Part shown: positions 45,391 to 59,008 of the stretch, piece by piece | Numbering within the stretch: position 1 is the stretch's first letter | How the letters are laid out: each line of letters opens with the position of its first letter | Origin: Phoronis australis | Lineage: Eukaryota > Animalia > Phoronida | NCBI GenBank assembly: GCA_002633005.1 | Contig: NMRA01000612.1 | Coordinates: 66,733-130,732 of the forward strand | Length of the DNA: 64,000 nucleotides | Reading direction: 5' to 3' | Made by a program: the position numbers and the translations under genes | The notes under the pieces: model-generated | What the model was told of the DNA's origin: nothing | The model's database searches: none | The model's input: only the letters and a program-made list of their open reading frames with translations

Positions 45391-47004
45391 ATGCTTCCAC
45401 TGATATTTTTGGGTATTGCTGTGGTTACAGCTACCAATCAGAATAACAACGTCAACACTCAACGAAGCAATGATTCTTGCAAGTATACGTTGGTAGTTCC
45501 CAGTGGCCAGTGCTCAGGATCAGACAGCAAGAAGGTGACAGACCTGATCACCTCTCTCCAGCAAATGAGCAACGGCTTCCACCAGCAATTCAGGTTGCAA
45601 CAAGTGTTGAACGCGAATCTCGAGCGAAAGATTGCAAGCTTGACTCAAAAGACACTCCAGCAAGCCGACCGAATAGAAGTGCTTGAAAATACTCTACGAC
45701 AAAACGGCATACAGTGTAGAAAGCGTTTAGGTTAGTTTGTAATATGGTTGAGTGGCACTGCTCTCCTATCTATTTCAGTTAAGGAAAGTGACGTTTTGAA
45801 TTTGACCACTTTCCATTATAAAGTTTACTGAGAGAATACATTTCTTATCGATATTGATCAGCCTGGTTCGAGCCAACTGCGTGTGGTATAGGCGAATTCG
45901 TTTAGTTTGTGATGACTGCAGTCCACAGGCTTGAGCGTTGTTTTTGATTACTAAGAAGAGCTTCACAGTGTTCCAAAATAGTTTGGTATTCTGCATAAAT
46001 TTTTTTCCATAGGCTTCTAAGTTCGCGTTCTTGCCACCAGCCCATGAGCCTATAGACGGGAACACAATTAGAAATTTCTACGACTTAAAGGGGTTTTACT
46101 TGAACAGTGTGAGCTAAGCGACTTCAGCTCTTTTGATGTCCCTCAGCCTTTAAAGCAACGATAGTTACTGATCTTACATGGGCGGCGCAGCACTGAAAAA
46201 GTGGGGGGCTAAAGCCCCCTCAGCCTCCCTGTGGCGCACCGCCTATAGACCATGTGCGGCGTAGCACTAAAAAAGTGGGGGCTATAGCCTCCCCAGCCCC
46301 CTGTAGTGCGCCGCCCTTGTGTTAGTAGCCAACTACCCTAACTTAGCGTTTTGCCCTTTCAGACTGCGCTGACCTCCGTTTGGCTGGGCAAAAAACCGAT
46401 AGCGTGTACAATATCACACTTGAGCATGCGTTGTCACCGATCAGTGTTTGGTGTGACATGTCGACAGGTCACGGAGGATCATCGGGACACTGATTCAACG
46501 GCGACAGGACGGTTCAGCTTACTTCTGTCGCGACTGGGGAGACTGCAAGAAGGGATTTGGCATGGCAGAAGGCGAATATTGGCTCGGAAATGATAATATC
46601 GTCCATCTTACAAACCAGAAAAAATATTTGCTTAGAATAGATTTGTGGATTTTGACGGCAACCACTTTGCAGCGGAATACGACAATTCCTATATCGAAAA
46701 TGAACTCCATAAGTACAAGTTACACGTTGGATCGTACAACGGTACGGCTGGTGATGCCATGACGTATCACAGCAACAGAGTATTTTCCACAAAAGATCGC
46801 GATGCTACAAGGGTGTGCTCTTACTTATACAAGGGAGGGTTTTGGTACTACGGCTGTGCCTACGCAAATCTGAATGGCATCTATAATCACGACAGCAGAT
46901 ACGTTGAAACTGACGCCGTGCACTGGTACAAACTAAACAACAAATTCAAAGCGCTCAAGAAAGTTGAGATGAAAGTGAGACCAATGATGTTTCACAAAAG
47001 ATAA
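45391..47004 (+). pseudogene. Secreted fibrinogen-related-domain (FReD; angiopoietin/fibroleukin-like) gene, two exons (45391-45730, 46363-47004), two frameshifts
   Basis: Signal peptide + CKYTLVVP + coiled coil; phase-1 intron; FBG motifs DC..VWCDM..GG..TLIQRRQDGS..GEYWLGN..FSTKDRD..GGFWY..CAYANLNG; frame changes near 46480 and 46648. Confidence 0.85.
46178..46320. repeat. Two tandem copies of a short GC-rich hairpin (MITE-like) in the FReD intron
   Basis: gcggcgyagcactraaaaagtgggggct...agccyccctgtrgygcrccgcc appears twice. Confidence 0.7.
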
Positions 47005-48934
47005 AATGTCATGATCGTTGCAATTTTTTTGGCTATGTCATCTGACTCCAAACTGACTTATAATGAACAATTAACGCGATTCTCCCAAGATAACGGTGCT
47101 TGAAGATGTGGGATGTCATATCATATGATGCCATGTCAATCCTGACTCATCTCATTTACAACAAATGAGTATTTACCATTTAAAAAGTTTTCACAGAGTA
47201 AACTTCTGTGTCATTGTCCTTCGGGGTCACTATGTGGTCCACAACCAAAAATTAAAAAAACACACTAAAACATTCTTTATCATACTCTGTTTATTTTGAG
47301 TAAAGTGACATCACGTTGAAAGAGTATCATTTGGAAATACGTTCTGACTAAAAATGTTTTGTGAAGTTTTCAAATAAAAGAGAATGATAGTATTCAAAAC
47401 AGACAAAACAAATACAAAATGTGCAGGTACGAGGGGTTTAAAAAATAGTCCACATCCTAGATATATTTCATGCTCATCTATGTCCCACTGTTTGTTGGAG
47501 GTCCGCCTCCTCTGGCAAACAATTTCCCCTTTCCACCATCGTCTTGTTTTCTTCTTACTGAAGAAAAGCCAGTCTTCAGATACGCTCAGTGGGCGTATAT
47601 AGGCCTAAGAAAGAAAGTTCTCAGATACGACCAATGCATTTATTTGTGGACAAATGAGCGTTGTTAGATAATAAATTTCCCCGGGTTTCTTAAGAAATGA
47701 ATATAACAAAACCGTTACTAAGATATTTCCGCTACCTGTGCGAACAATCATAATCAAACAGATGTGATTGTTGTGCTTCAGATACAGAATTGATAAACCC
47801 GAGTGTAAGCTTCGGAGCACTAAACCGTGACTAAATAGTATCTAGGTGTTGCTCCATTCATGCCGTCAGCATCGCAACAACTTACTGCACAAGCCCATTA
47901 CATAAATAAACAAAAAGCTGCAAGGCGCAATAACGTCACATTAAAGACCGGCAAAAACGCTATTTTCTGCATAGAACTGCTATCCGTGGTCATATTGCAA
48001 TGTAACAAGTATGTCTTACGAAGTGAGGTTCTGGGTTTAAGTCTCAGAGACCACACTTCTGGTGAAAGATACCGCACGAGAACATCAGACAAAAGTAGGA
48101 CATAACACATCACATATTTTTTACATATACCTTACTTGAACAATTAGGTAGACTGATTAATAACTGAAACACTTTTAGTTTGAAGAAGTGTTGACTTAAT
48201 TCTTACACTCTGACATTAATTGCGACAAGTGACCATGTCATTTTTAGTAAAATTTTGCAAAAAAGGAAAAACATTAACAGAAAAACAACCGTTCAACGCT
48301 GTTACAGTATTCTAAAATTTTATTTTGTTTTATTCAACTTTAGAGTTTCCTGAAAATCCAATATTTTTGAATGCCTCAATGCAAAAGTATAACATTTTGA
48401 AAACAATTCCCAACACCGTTTTGGAGAACATTGCACAAAGTATAGTATCTGAACGTTGCAAATGAATACGATAAGGCATTACAAAGAGGATGGCCTGTGG
48501 AAGAGTGAAACATGCCAGTGGGGTTTGGATGTCAAGCACACCACACAGCGGAGGTATCTCCAACAACACTAATGTAAATAATTGGCAAAAATCCCCGTCC
48601 AATTAACTTTTATAGCACAAAACACTTGGTAAATTCTAGAGGCTAGAAGGCACAACCTTCTGAAATAGCGTCTATAGGTCTCCCTCCCACAAAATGGGCA
48701 CGACGGAGTCGCTGCGATGCAATACCTGTGATATGGGTACCAAATGACGAAAAACCCTGCCCGAGACAATAAAACTTTTGCTGACCCACAACGCCACTTT
48801 GTTTGTTTATTAAATTTGTATTGTTGTTCGTACGAATGTGTTGGTTTGAGCTCTTCCGGTTCCGTCTCGTATTGTCTTCGTCTACGTTAAACTTACTACT
48901 CATTGTTTAGTTTATCTGGCGTGGTGGCATCGAA

Positions 48935-51900
48935 ATGGCTACAACCCGAGCTCCGAAACAGTGGCCGCTCACTAAAAATGAGACTATAACCTCATTTGAT
49001 GGCAGGAGGCAGAAACTGTACATCCTCTCATTAGACCCTCACTTGGCGCCACTTGTCTACGGCGTTAGTTGGCTCAAGAAAACCGCCGCTACTCCACTAC
49101 GTGGTCTAACCGACGACCCCTAAGACACCCTAGAACCGCAGCGGGGTTCTGCTCACATGAAATTCAGTGGCTCATTTAGAACTGACGCGTGCACAAATTG
49201 CTAATTTTTGTCCAGTCATATCCCGTAATTCTATCGTGAAGTCCTCCACCTCCGTCCAGGACATTTGGCCGAAAATCCGCCAACATTTTGGCTTCGCTTC
49301 CACAGGAGCGGACTTCTTGGACGTGGGACTCATATTAGTAGATCCCAATGAACGTCCTGAAGACCTATTCCAGTGCCTCACTGCTTTTTTCGACGAAATT
49401 ACTTATCGTTGGGTGTTGCATAACGCATCATGGCGAAGCGGTCGACATCAACGAAGACATGACTCCTTTCCTCGAAAATACTATTGTGTTTTTATGGTTA
49501 CAGCTGGTCAACCCAGGTCTACCCCAACTTTATCACGCAGAGTTGCACAGCAAGTCCCTCGCCTCCATCAAGACTGAAATTTCTAAGGCTATGAACTCAC
49601 TACTTGATGAGCTTAGGGGCATCGAGGACACTCGTTTCATGCGTATAACCAGCTCTAAGACAAGCCCCTCGCCGCCGTAGAACCCTGTCGTGCGTGTTAT
49701 GCACCACCGCCCGCCGCACTCCCTCAGACCACTTCTTGTCTCGGTGCCCGTTCCTCCCACCTGATGACAAGCACGCCTTTGTCAAAGCACGGCGGTCCAC
49801 CGACGTTAACGACGCCACTGAGGAAGACTCCCCACAAGACACAATATCTTACGACCAGTACTGGCCTGACTCCGCTGTCAGGCTTCGCGTCTACACCGTC
49901 CAGTCTCCTTATTTCGTCACTTTGGTGGTCAAACCCTCGTGCGTTTGACATTGACTGTGGTGCGACAGGAAACATGATTAGCGCATCGTGTGCATGTTCG
50001 TTTGGCGAAAGTTCGTAAAAATTCCCAAACCAACTTCCAGGCTGCCAGCCGATGGTACATCTACTCTACAGGTTGTGGGGGGAACTCGACTAGTCTTCAC
50101 AGGTGACAAGCATCCCTTCGTTTTCGACGGTCTTGTTATCGAATCCCTTGGCGTAGATGTGTTGGCGTATTGGCAGAAACCCCATTTACAACTTACAATG
50201 ACATTTCAGTACGACCTGCTCGCAAGATTATCACGTTGGCTGACGGATCTACATACACCTAAGGCCAACCCGCAAACCAATACCCACGACCCACAGCACG
50301 ACTGTCCCACGTATTACGTGCTCCCCCTCACACGACAGCCATATGGCCTGGTGATTGTCTTGAGTTGGATGCCCTGTCTAATTTCACCGATTCTCAGAAG
50401 ATCTTGTCATCGAACCTCGCTCCGATAGCATTAGCCTCTACGGGTCTTTCTCAGCTATAGCCACAACCGCAAATCTTGTCCCGACTAAGGGCAAGATTCG
50501 TTTGTTCAACAACACCGATGAACCACGATTTTTGCAAAGAGATGAGCAGTTTTGCCAGGTGAACGCCGTGTTCACTCCTTCAGAGGTTCCAGCTGGTTCA
50601 GCCACCCAGTGTACCCCATCAACCCAAACTACCTGAGATCGCCATCGGTTTGTCGCCGTTGTTCCGACAACATTTTGCATGCTGCAGATCAGGACAGGTT
50701 CCACGCCCTGCATCGCGAATTCGCTCACGTATTTGATCCGCAATACCCGGGTACAACGGCGCCGCAGGCCCGTTCGAGGCAGTCGTAAACATGGGTCCTA
50801 CGCAACATCCACAGAGGAAAGGTCGCCTCCCCCAATTCTCTAAGGACAAGTTCCTGAAATTCCAACAAAAATTCAACGAGCTGGAGCTACTAGGAGTATT
50901 CACCCGTCCAGAGGATGTTGGTATTACAGTAGAATATTTTAACCCTTCGTTTCTAGTCACGAAACTCCACGGAGGTTTTCGTTTAGTTACAGCATTTGCA
51001 GACGTCGGCCGGTACCACAAGCCCCAACCATCTTTCATGCCTGACGTAGATTCCGTGCCTCGGAAGATTGCTCAATGGAAGTTCATCATCAAGACTGATC
51101 TTACGAGTGCCTATTATCAAATTCCTTTGTCACGCGATTCCATAAAATATTGTGGAGTATCCACATCTTTCCGAGGTATCCGTGTCTACGCACGTTGCGC
51201 CATGAGTATGCCCGGTGCGGAAACCGCTTTGGAAGAGTTGACATGTCGTGCATTGGGTAAGCGTTTGGACGAAGGAGCCGTCACCAAGGTTGCCGACAAC
51301 CTTTACTGTGGTGGTCAGACTATCACAGAATTAAAAAAGGTGCTGTCTGCATTGTCTACAGCCGACCTCCGTCTATCAGACAGTCATAGCCCCACGACGC
51401 ACAGAAGTCCTCTGCTGGATTTGGGAGATTGGTACTTTACAAGCTAGTTCACATCGGATAGCTGCTCTCTCGTCTTGTCCCAAACCTGGTACTGCTCGTT
51501 AAATGAAATCCTTCACCGAAGCCGTGCATGAAAGCTATGTCGAGAGTCATACCTTACTGTGTTGCATCATACATCGCCCCACTTGACACCACTATATTGG
51601 GGTTCGAATCAAAAGACCGCATTACCTGGACCGATGAGTTACATGTTGCTTTCACCTCGGCCCAAAAGGCATTGCCCACGCATAAAATTATCTCTCCACT
51701 GCGACCGGACGATCGGTTATGGATAGTCACTGACGCTTCCGCCAAACACCCAGACATCGCTGGTACAGTTATATCTCTCTCGTGATGACACACCACGTGT
51801 CTGCGGCTCCTTCAGTGCGAAACTGAAATTACGTGAGGTTAATTGGCTCCCATGGGAAACTGAGGCTCTCGCCATTGCTGCCTCCGTGACACATTTTAGC

Positions 51901-52307
51901 CCCTATCTGATTCAGTCAGCACGTCCTGCTATCATACCTACAGACAGTAAGCCTTTTGTACAAGCTTTCGAGAAACTCTGCAGAGGCGAATTTTCAGTCA
52001 ATCCTCGAGTTCTGTCCACCGTTTCTCACTATCAGTCTATCGTTCGTCATGTATCTGGTGCCACTAACATCGTCTCCGACTTTGTGAGTGGCCAAAGCCC
52101 AGAATGCACCGACGCTTTTGGCCAAGTGTGCCATTTCGTGAACGCTCTGGAAGATTGTGTGGTGTTCTGTGCGACTGCTGCCGAGGTCCTTCAGGGAAAA
52201 CACAAACTCCCCTTCACCATGAGATCATCGTGGTTATCCATTCAGTCCGAGTCTCCTGAGTTACGGCGAGTACACTCTCATCTCACCAAGGGACGCGGCC
52301 CTCAAAG
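48935..52307 (+). mobile_element. Decayed Ty3/gypsy-like LTR retrotransposon (gag-protease-RT-RNase H), cut by an N gap at 52308
   Basis: gag-like RAPKQWPLTKNETITSF; protease-like IDCGATG; RT motifs [31 protein letters not shown]; RNase H motifs WIVTDAS, EALAI, TDSKP; many stops and frameshifts. Confidence 0.9.
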
Positions 52308-52917
52308 NCATGTACAAAAAAAAAAATAATTGCAGGCGGCCTGATACACGTTGTATCAGACGTGCGCAGGCCTCGCATGTGTGCCCATTGCACTGATCAC
52401 CTGGAAATATTTTTATGCTTTATTAATATATTACATGTACATGTACACTGTATGATATTGCGCAAGACAACTTTACTATACATCAGTTACAAACGTGTGG
52501 GGTGTAATAGAATGACACGGCATAACAGATGAGGTAAAAACGTTGCACGTCAATTCGCCTGAATATCAGGGTTGCGGCACCGCAGTATTTCCCCTAATCA
52601 AATCAAAACATATCTTAGAATAAAGACGCTAGTTACCTAAAGAAATCAGTTATAGAACTGCTCTTTCAGCGGTGAATCCAACTAAAATGCTTGGCTACTT
52701 CAGAAGTGTCGACGAAGGCGCGCGCACAATAAATCCCCGCGCGTTTTGCCGATGAGCCACAAAGACTCAGCAATTCACAATGCAAAAAACTATATTTTCA
52801 GAGTGAACCCCCCCTCTCAATTTTTTCCAAGTTGGTTTACTTGGGGTTTACACACACTGGCTTTGCCGTTTTTGTTTTGCTGGAGACGCTTTTTTTAAAT
52901 TTTTGGGTCCTGGCTCG

Positions 52918-52965
52918 AGGGGGGGGGGTTTAAACCCCCTGAACCCCCCCGTAGATCCGCCACTG
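52918..52965. mobile_element. GC-rich MITE-like terminus (ggggggg..aacccccc..agatccgccactg) abutting the LINE 3' fragment
   Basis: G/C-run hairpin plus GGCGGATCT motif, also seen as an inverted pair at 7355-7426. Confidence 0.5.
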
Positions 52966-54314
52966 GCACCATATGTTAATATGGGTATTATCATAGAGTC
53001 AAAGAGTTTAAAATGCACTCCATGGGAAATACAGTTAAGTTTTAACAGAGTGGCTTTAATAACGTTCATTTTCATTGCTTTTCGAGCTTGGCTTGCAAGT
53101 ACTCTTCCACACTCTGTCCATTTAAGTCTGCAGGAGAACGTGACTCCTAGGTACTTGTAGTACAATGTGGTGTCTACTTTCTTATCGCCCAAAACCCACC
53201 TTTCATTACTTGAAAGTATGCCCCCTCGCTTAAATACCACAACATTCGTTTTCGCCAAATTAACTTGCAAGTTGCAGTCTCAAAAAACTTTTCGAGGACA
53301 TTGAGCTTCATCTGTAGCAACAGAGCATTCCCGCTCCACATGACTGGAGCAAGTCTACCATGCCTTTAACACCGTCATTTATGTCAATATCAACACAGCT
53401 CACAATTTATCGACACTTATCTTTTCCTTCCTGGCTTTGTAATTTTTTCTAAAAATACACCTGCTTTCTCATTATGCCATCTATATCTTAGTCGTTTTTG
53501 CAATGCTATATAAGGTTCACCAGTAACTTTTTGACATAATTTTGCAGGGGTACTGAGGGTACAAATTAAATGAAAATGCAACGACAAATCACATTGCAAT
53601 ACTTTAAAATCTTGAATGCGCTCGAACAACGATGTCTCGGCAAGAACATAATCAATGGTGCTACAACCTCTCGTCGAAACAAAAGTAAAATTGCAATCAG
53701 GATCAGATTTCGATCTACCATTAACAATGTGGATACCATGACCCATACACAAATCAATTAATTTTTTACCAAAATTATTAGTTTTGGCATCTTGGTTTTT
53801 CCTTGGTTTGGCGAAATCATCCTCTACATAGACACAGCTATGTTCTATAACAGGGACATATTTTCTACTGTCATCAGCAATAAAGTCATTGACAGTGCCA
53901 GTACGGGCATTGGAATCACCTGCAAGAATTAATCTGGCTTGGTTTAGTTTACCTGAAACATTAAAATCTATGATCTCACCATATAATTGCTCCACGTCAC
54001 TTTCTTGGCTATAATCAGAACCCTCTGGAGGCAGGTACACAAAACCTATAATGACATGAGGCTTTTCGCTATGGGGGTACATTTTTTATGTGTAATTATA
54101 CACGGTCTTTTAAATCATGATTCATGTGCGTTACATTCTGTGCCAAATTATTTTTTACTAACACAGTGATGCCTCCTGATAATTTCCCTCCAGGGGGGCG
54201 AATCGCAGAGTGGACAGTATAGTTGTCGAAAAACGTGTCAAATTCTGTTGGCGATTTTTGGAATGATTCAATAAAACCAATTATATCACGACTCAACAAT
54301 TTCATATATTTCAT
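52966..54314 (-). mobile_element. Degenerate non-LTR retrotransposon (CR1/L2-like): APE endonuclease fragment plus RT C-terminal fragment
   Basis: Endonuclease motifs IIGFIES, SGGITVLVK, VYLPP, AGDSNAR, STIDYVL; RT C-terminal motifs VNLAKTNVVVF, YKYLGVTF, PILTYG. Confidence 0.88.
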
Positions 54315-54942
54315 GAGAAGATGACTTCATTTTGAAGCCCAGTCATTCTATATTCCAGGATCCTATATTCAAATGGATGCTCTGTTCATCAAATTGCTAT
54401 TCTGCATCAGGGTCTGCTTCATCATTGATACCTATGTCAGCTGACCTTCGAAAATCTGTTCTTCGTTTGACCATGTCTTGTTCAATAGGTGATAACAAGG
54501 TATTCAAAATATTTTGAAGGACAACAATGACATTAGTAATTCACATATACAAAGACCTGACCAGTAGGACCATAATAAAATAGAAATAAAATATCTGCAT
54601 AGAAAGTGACAACAATTAATAACTGGGAAACGATTAACAACAACAATAACAATGTACAACTCAAACGCCAGTAAACGCAACTTGGCTCCTTTCCCACTCT
54701 AGTAACGTAACTTCGTCTCCATTAACACCATATCCTTGAACGGAGCTCTCGGTCTGTATAATTCTCCCATCTTGGCTCGCCGCTTGGCCTTCCAAACTCT
54801 CCGCCAGTGCTTTTTGTTAGCGACCTCTTCCTTCTTGTATGGTGTGGCAAGCACCGACAGAGTTAATTAAAAAATTTAAAACTAAAACATCATTGTTCAA
54901 CAGTAGGTGTGGCCGACACCTAAATATTAAACAAAAAACAAT

Positions 54943-55434
54943 CTATGATAAATATCGTCGATCCGTGGATACTGGAGCACAAAACCAGCGCTGGTTCAAT
55001 GTTACGAAAGCACGTCCCTGGGTCTCAAACTGCAGAATTTCATCTCGCGCTATGTCGTTTGAAAATGTCAGAGGTTGCTCGACGTTTAGAGCTTGACGTG
55101 GCTCTTCCGCCGCTAATCTTTCCAGTCGATACTTGTTTATCACCTCTACAGGTTTACTGATGGTGTGCCCTGTCCGTGCCTCATGTCGCCTACCATCCCT
55201 ACGCGTAGCAAATTTTCTGTTGCAGGCCCTACACTGCACGAGGGTAATCGACTTAGCACACGGTCTTTCATGACGCTTGAGCAGGTAGAATTTTGAGAAG
55301 GTCTCGTCGCATGAATTGCATGAAAAACGCGTCTCTGCCTTTCTGTCCCAAGGATAGAATGTGTCGTCCTGTCGCAGAGTAGCGTCTTTCTCCAAACTTA
55401 TTAACTCCACCCGAGACACGTCATACGTGTACAC
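54943..55434 (-). other. ORF with two C2H2/C2HC zinc-finger-like motifs, likely repeat-associated; disrupted paralog at ~58166-58533
   Basis: CNSCDETFSKFYLLKRHERPC and CRACNRKFATRRDGRRHEARTGH. Confidence 0.6.
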
Positions 55435-56039
55435 GTTATTGTTGATAACAAGCTTAGGCTACAGCTGAATACTTAAACAAAGTCCGATTGAGTACTCTTG
55501 TTACTTGTCAATGATGCTGGATGAGTAAATTCGTAGGAAACTGTCATTCACCGTTGAATGGAAAAACGGCATACATTGCTGTAGAGATAGCGTTGAATTC
55601 TTAGCTCAAGCACATTGTGCCGTGTCAAACTTACCTGTAGTTGCACGGAAAGAGGTTTGAAAACAGGATTTTACGCCGATGCAACTTTATTTCATCACGA
55701 CATAGTAAACTACTTTAAAAACTCATCGACAAAGACTGTAAGCGAACATTGCAGAAAACGTAAATTACAAAAATCCGTAATTAGATACACAAATACCAAT
55801 AAACTAGCGGAATATGAACATTGCGAACATTATACTTAAGATCGTATATGCCCTATTCCGACACACTTACAAAATATTCAGACTGGAGAACGAAACGTCT
55901 CACCCGTCGCTTAACCACGAAAACTCTGGTACAAATGCAATGTCAAATAAGCCCGCCACGAGACGCTCGAAGCTTAATGGTGGACAGTGGAGCGGTTTAA
56001 AAACGATGTGAACTACACAAACTTAACAAAACAACTGTT

Positions 56040-57260
56040 AACCATGGATCTGCAGTGACAATACACTTTTCCCGTTGAGAGATCGCAATTTGTTGTCGCA
56101 CGCTTCAAGAATAGTTGTCTTCTTGAATTGTCGTGTAAAGAACGGAATTTTGAATCAAATAATGTATTAGTGACATGTGAATTTATGACGCAACCCTGTA
56201 TAGATAAGTAAATTCGTGTGAAACAGTCCGCCATAATTGAACGGTGACGGACACTGCCGTGGAGATAGCGTCCAGCTGTTAGCTTAAAAGTACATTGTAC
56301 TGCCGAACATACAGTACCTTTTTCCCTCAAAGAGATCGCAATTTGTTGGTGATATATCTCTTTGCACGCTTCAAGAATAATGGTCTGCTTGAATAACCCT
56401 CCTCCTTAACATCACGGTTTATGTCCTCGACCTTCTTTCCCTTGTTGGAAAGTGCAGCATTTTGAATTAAATGATGTATCAGTGACATCATTCAATTTGG
56501 TGGCATAGCCCTGGGGGACGCAATTTAAATGACGTCAGACGAGTAAATTCGTAGGAAACAGTTATCCACATTGAATAAAAGGCTACAAACATTGGCGTGG
56601 AGATATCGTGGACTTCTTAGCTTGAGCACATTTTGCTGTCAAACATACCGTTTTACCACTAAGATGTCGCAATTTGTTGGTGACATACATGTATCTCTTT
56701 GCAAGCCTCAAGAACGATGGGGATAGGGTCGAGTTGTTAGCTTAAGTACATTGTGCTTTCAGCATACCTTCTTCCGCAAAGAGACCGCAATTTGTTCGTC
56801 ATTCATCCCTTTGCATGTTTCAATGATGATGGTCTTCATGAATTGTCCTCCTCCTCAACATCACCGTCCACGTCACCGGCCCTCTTTCGTCGTGGAAAGC
56901 ATAGCATTTTGAATTATATGATGTATTAGTGACATCATGTTATTGTATGACGCAACTCTGTAGAGATGACAGAGTAAATTCGTGGAAAACAGTCGACCGT
57001 CTTTGAATAAAAGGTGGCGCACACTGCCGTGGATATACCGTCGATATACTAACTTAACTACATTGTGCTGCCAAATATACCTTTGTCCCAAAAAGAAATC
57101 GCAGTTTGTTGGTGATGTCTCTTTGCACGCTTCAAGAATGATGCTAGTCTTGAAGTACCCTACTCCTCAACATCAACGTTTTCGTCTACTCTGCCCTTTT
57201 CTCGTGGAAAGCACGGAATTTTGATACAAATGATGTATTAGTGACATGTTGCGATTTGAT
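56040..57260. repeat. Diverged tandem array, ~250-330-bp unit (array 1)
   Basis: gagatcgcaatttgttggtgat..gcacgcttcaagaat..ttttgaattaaatgatgtattagtgac..gagtaaattcgt..ttagcttaagtacattgt recurs. Confidence 0.9.
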
Positions 57261-59008
57261 GACTGTTACGGCCCTGTCAGCCAAAGTCCGTAAACTTCAT
57301 GCAAAACGGTTAAAAAAGGTATATTGAAAAAGCTCTCCGTCGGCTGTCCAGCGTCAAACTCAACTCAGATAGCACGAACACCAGGGTTGAGTTGCATAAA
57401 GCTTCAAAAAATATCCGCTGGACAATTTTGATTGTAGCATGACATCAAGTGCATTGCTCAACAATATTACGTGACGCTTAATAATGCGACGTCATTGTTT
57501 CTATACGACGTATAACTTTTATGCAACTTACACACTAAAGGAGCAAAACCAAAAATACAATCACAAGAGCTCGGCAGCTGTCGCGAATTCGCGATGCGTG
57601 TTGCGTCTCGCGTGAAATCGGTTTGAAAGAAAAATATAAAATATGCAATTGTTCTGGGTTCCGTTCCGTTCCAAAAAACTGACTTAAGTTCATTTTTGAC
57701 TTAAGTTTAAGATTTTTCGTAAGTTTTTGACTTTAGACAAATCTTAAGATTTAGATTTATTTGCGTTCCAAGAAACAATCTTAACTGACTTAAGTTTTTG
57801 TCTTAACTTTAAGTCAACTCTCAACTTGTCTTAACTCGATCTTAAGTTTGTCAAAATTGCCGTCTTGCACATCAGATTATATTTGACAGATAATTTTGCT
57901 GCGAAAAGAGCTATGTTGTGGCAGCAAATATATCGTGGTGATATGGTCAAAGAGGCCCGCAGTCACGATGAGTGAGTTTAGTACACTATCCTTGATGCTA
58001 TTTGAAGCCAAGCACCTAGCTTGTCGCTTTGTGTGACCGAGGTGGAAAACTTTGACGATAGAATGTCATTGTATTCGGCCACACCAGCAAATAAGCGAGA
58101 TAGCACGCCTGTCGAAAAGTTCGGCTTTCGTTTATCCATGCCGTCTGCTGTGAAAGCGCTTCTTTGTCATGTCGCCTACCATCCCTACGCGAAGCAAATT
58201 TTCTGTTGCAGGCCCACACTGTACGAGGGTAATCGACTTAGCTCACGGTCTTTCATGACCCATGAGCAGGTAGAAGTTTAAGAAGGTCTCGTCGCATGAA
58301 TCACATGAAAAACGCGTCTTTGCCATTATGTCCAAGGGGTGGACTGTGTCGTCCTGTCGCTGAGTAGCGTCTTCCTCCAAACTTATTAACTCCTCCCGAG
58401 ACACGTCATACACGTTATTGTATTTGTTGATAACAAGCTTGAGCAACAGCTGAATACCTGAACAAAGTCCGATTGAGTACTCCTGTAACACAATGATGCC
58501 AGATGAGCAAATTTGCCGGAAACAGTCATTCACCTTTAAGTGGAAACTAGAGCGGCGTACATTGCTGTAGAGAAAGCGTTGAGTTCTTAGCTCAAGCCCA
58601 TTGTGCTGTCAAACATACCTGTAGTTGCACGGGAAGAGGTTTGAAAACAGAGGTTTTTACGCCGGTGCAACTTTATTTCATCACGACATAGGAAACTACA
58701 ATGATCGAATAAAACTATAAGCGAACATTGCATAAAGACTTACGTTAAACAAATATTTACATGTACCACACAATTTACAGAAAACGTAAATTACAAAAAA
58801 CCGTAATTAGATACACAAATACCAATAAACTACCGGAATATGAACATTACTAACACTTTACTGAGATCGTATATGCCCTGTTCCGATACACACAAAATAG
58901 TCAGACAACGAACGTCTCATCCGTCGCATAACCACGAAAATGACTTTAAAAACTAAAGTATATTAATGCAATGTCAAATAAGTACGCCACGAGACGCTCG
59001 AAGCTTAA

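Noticed and set aside
48570-48915. 5' LTR and primer-binding site of the gypsy-like element
   Set aside because: No second LTR to compare because the element is cut by the gap at 52308, and TG...CA ends are not clear
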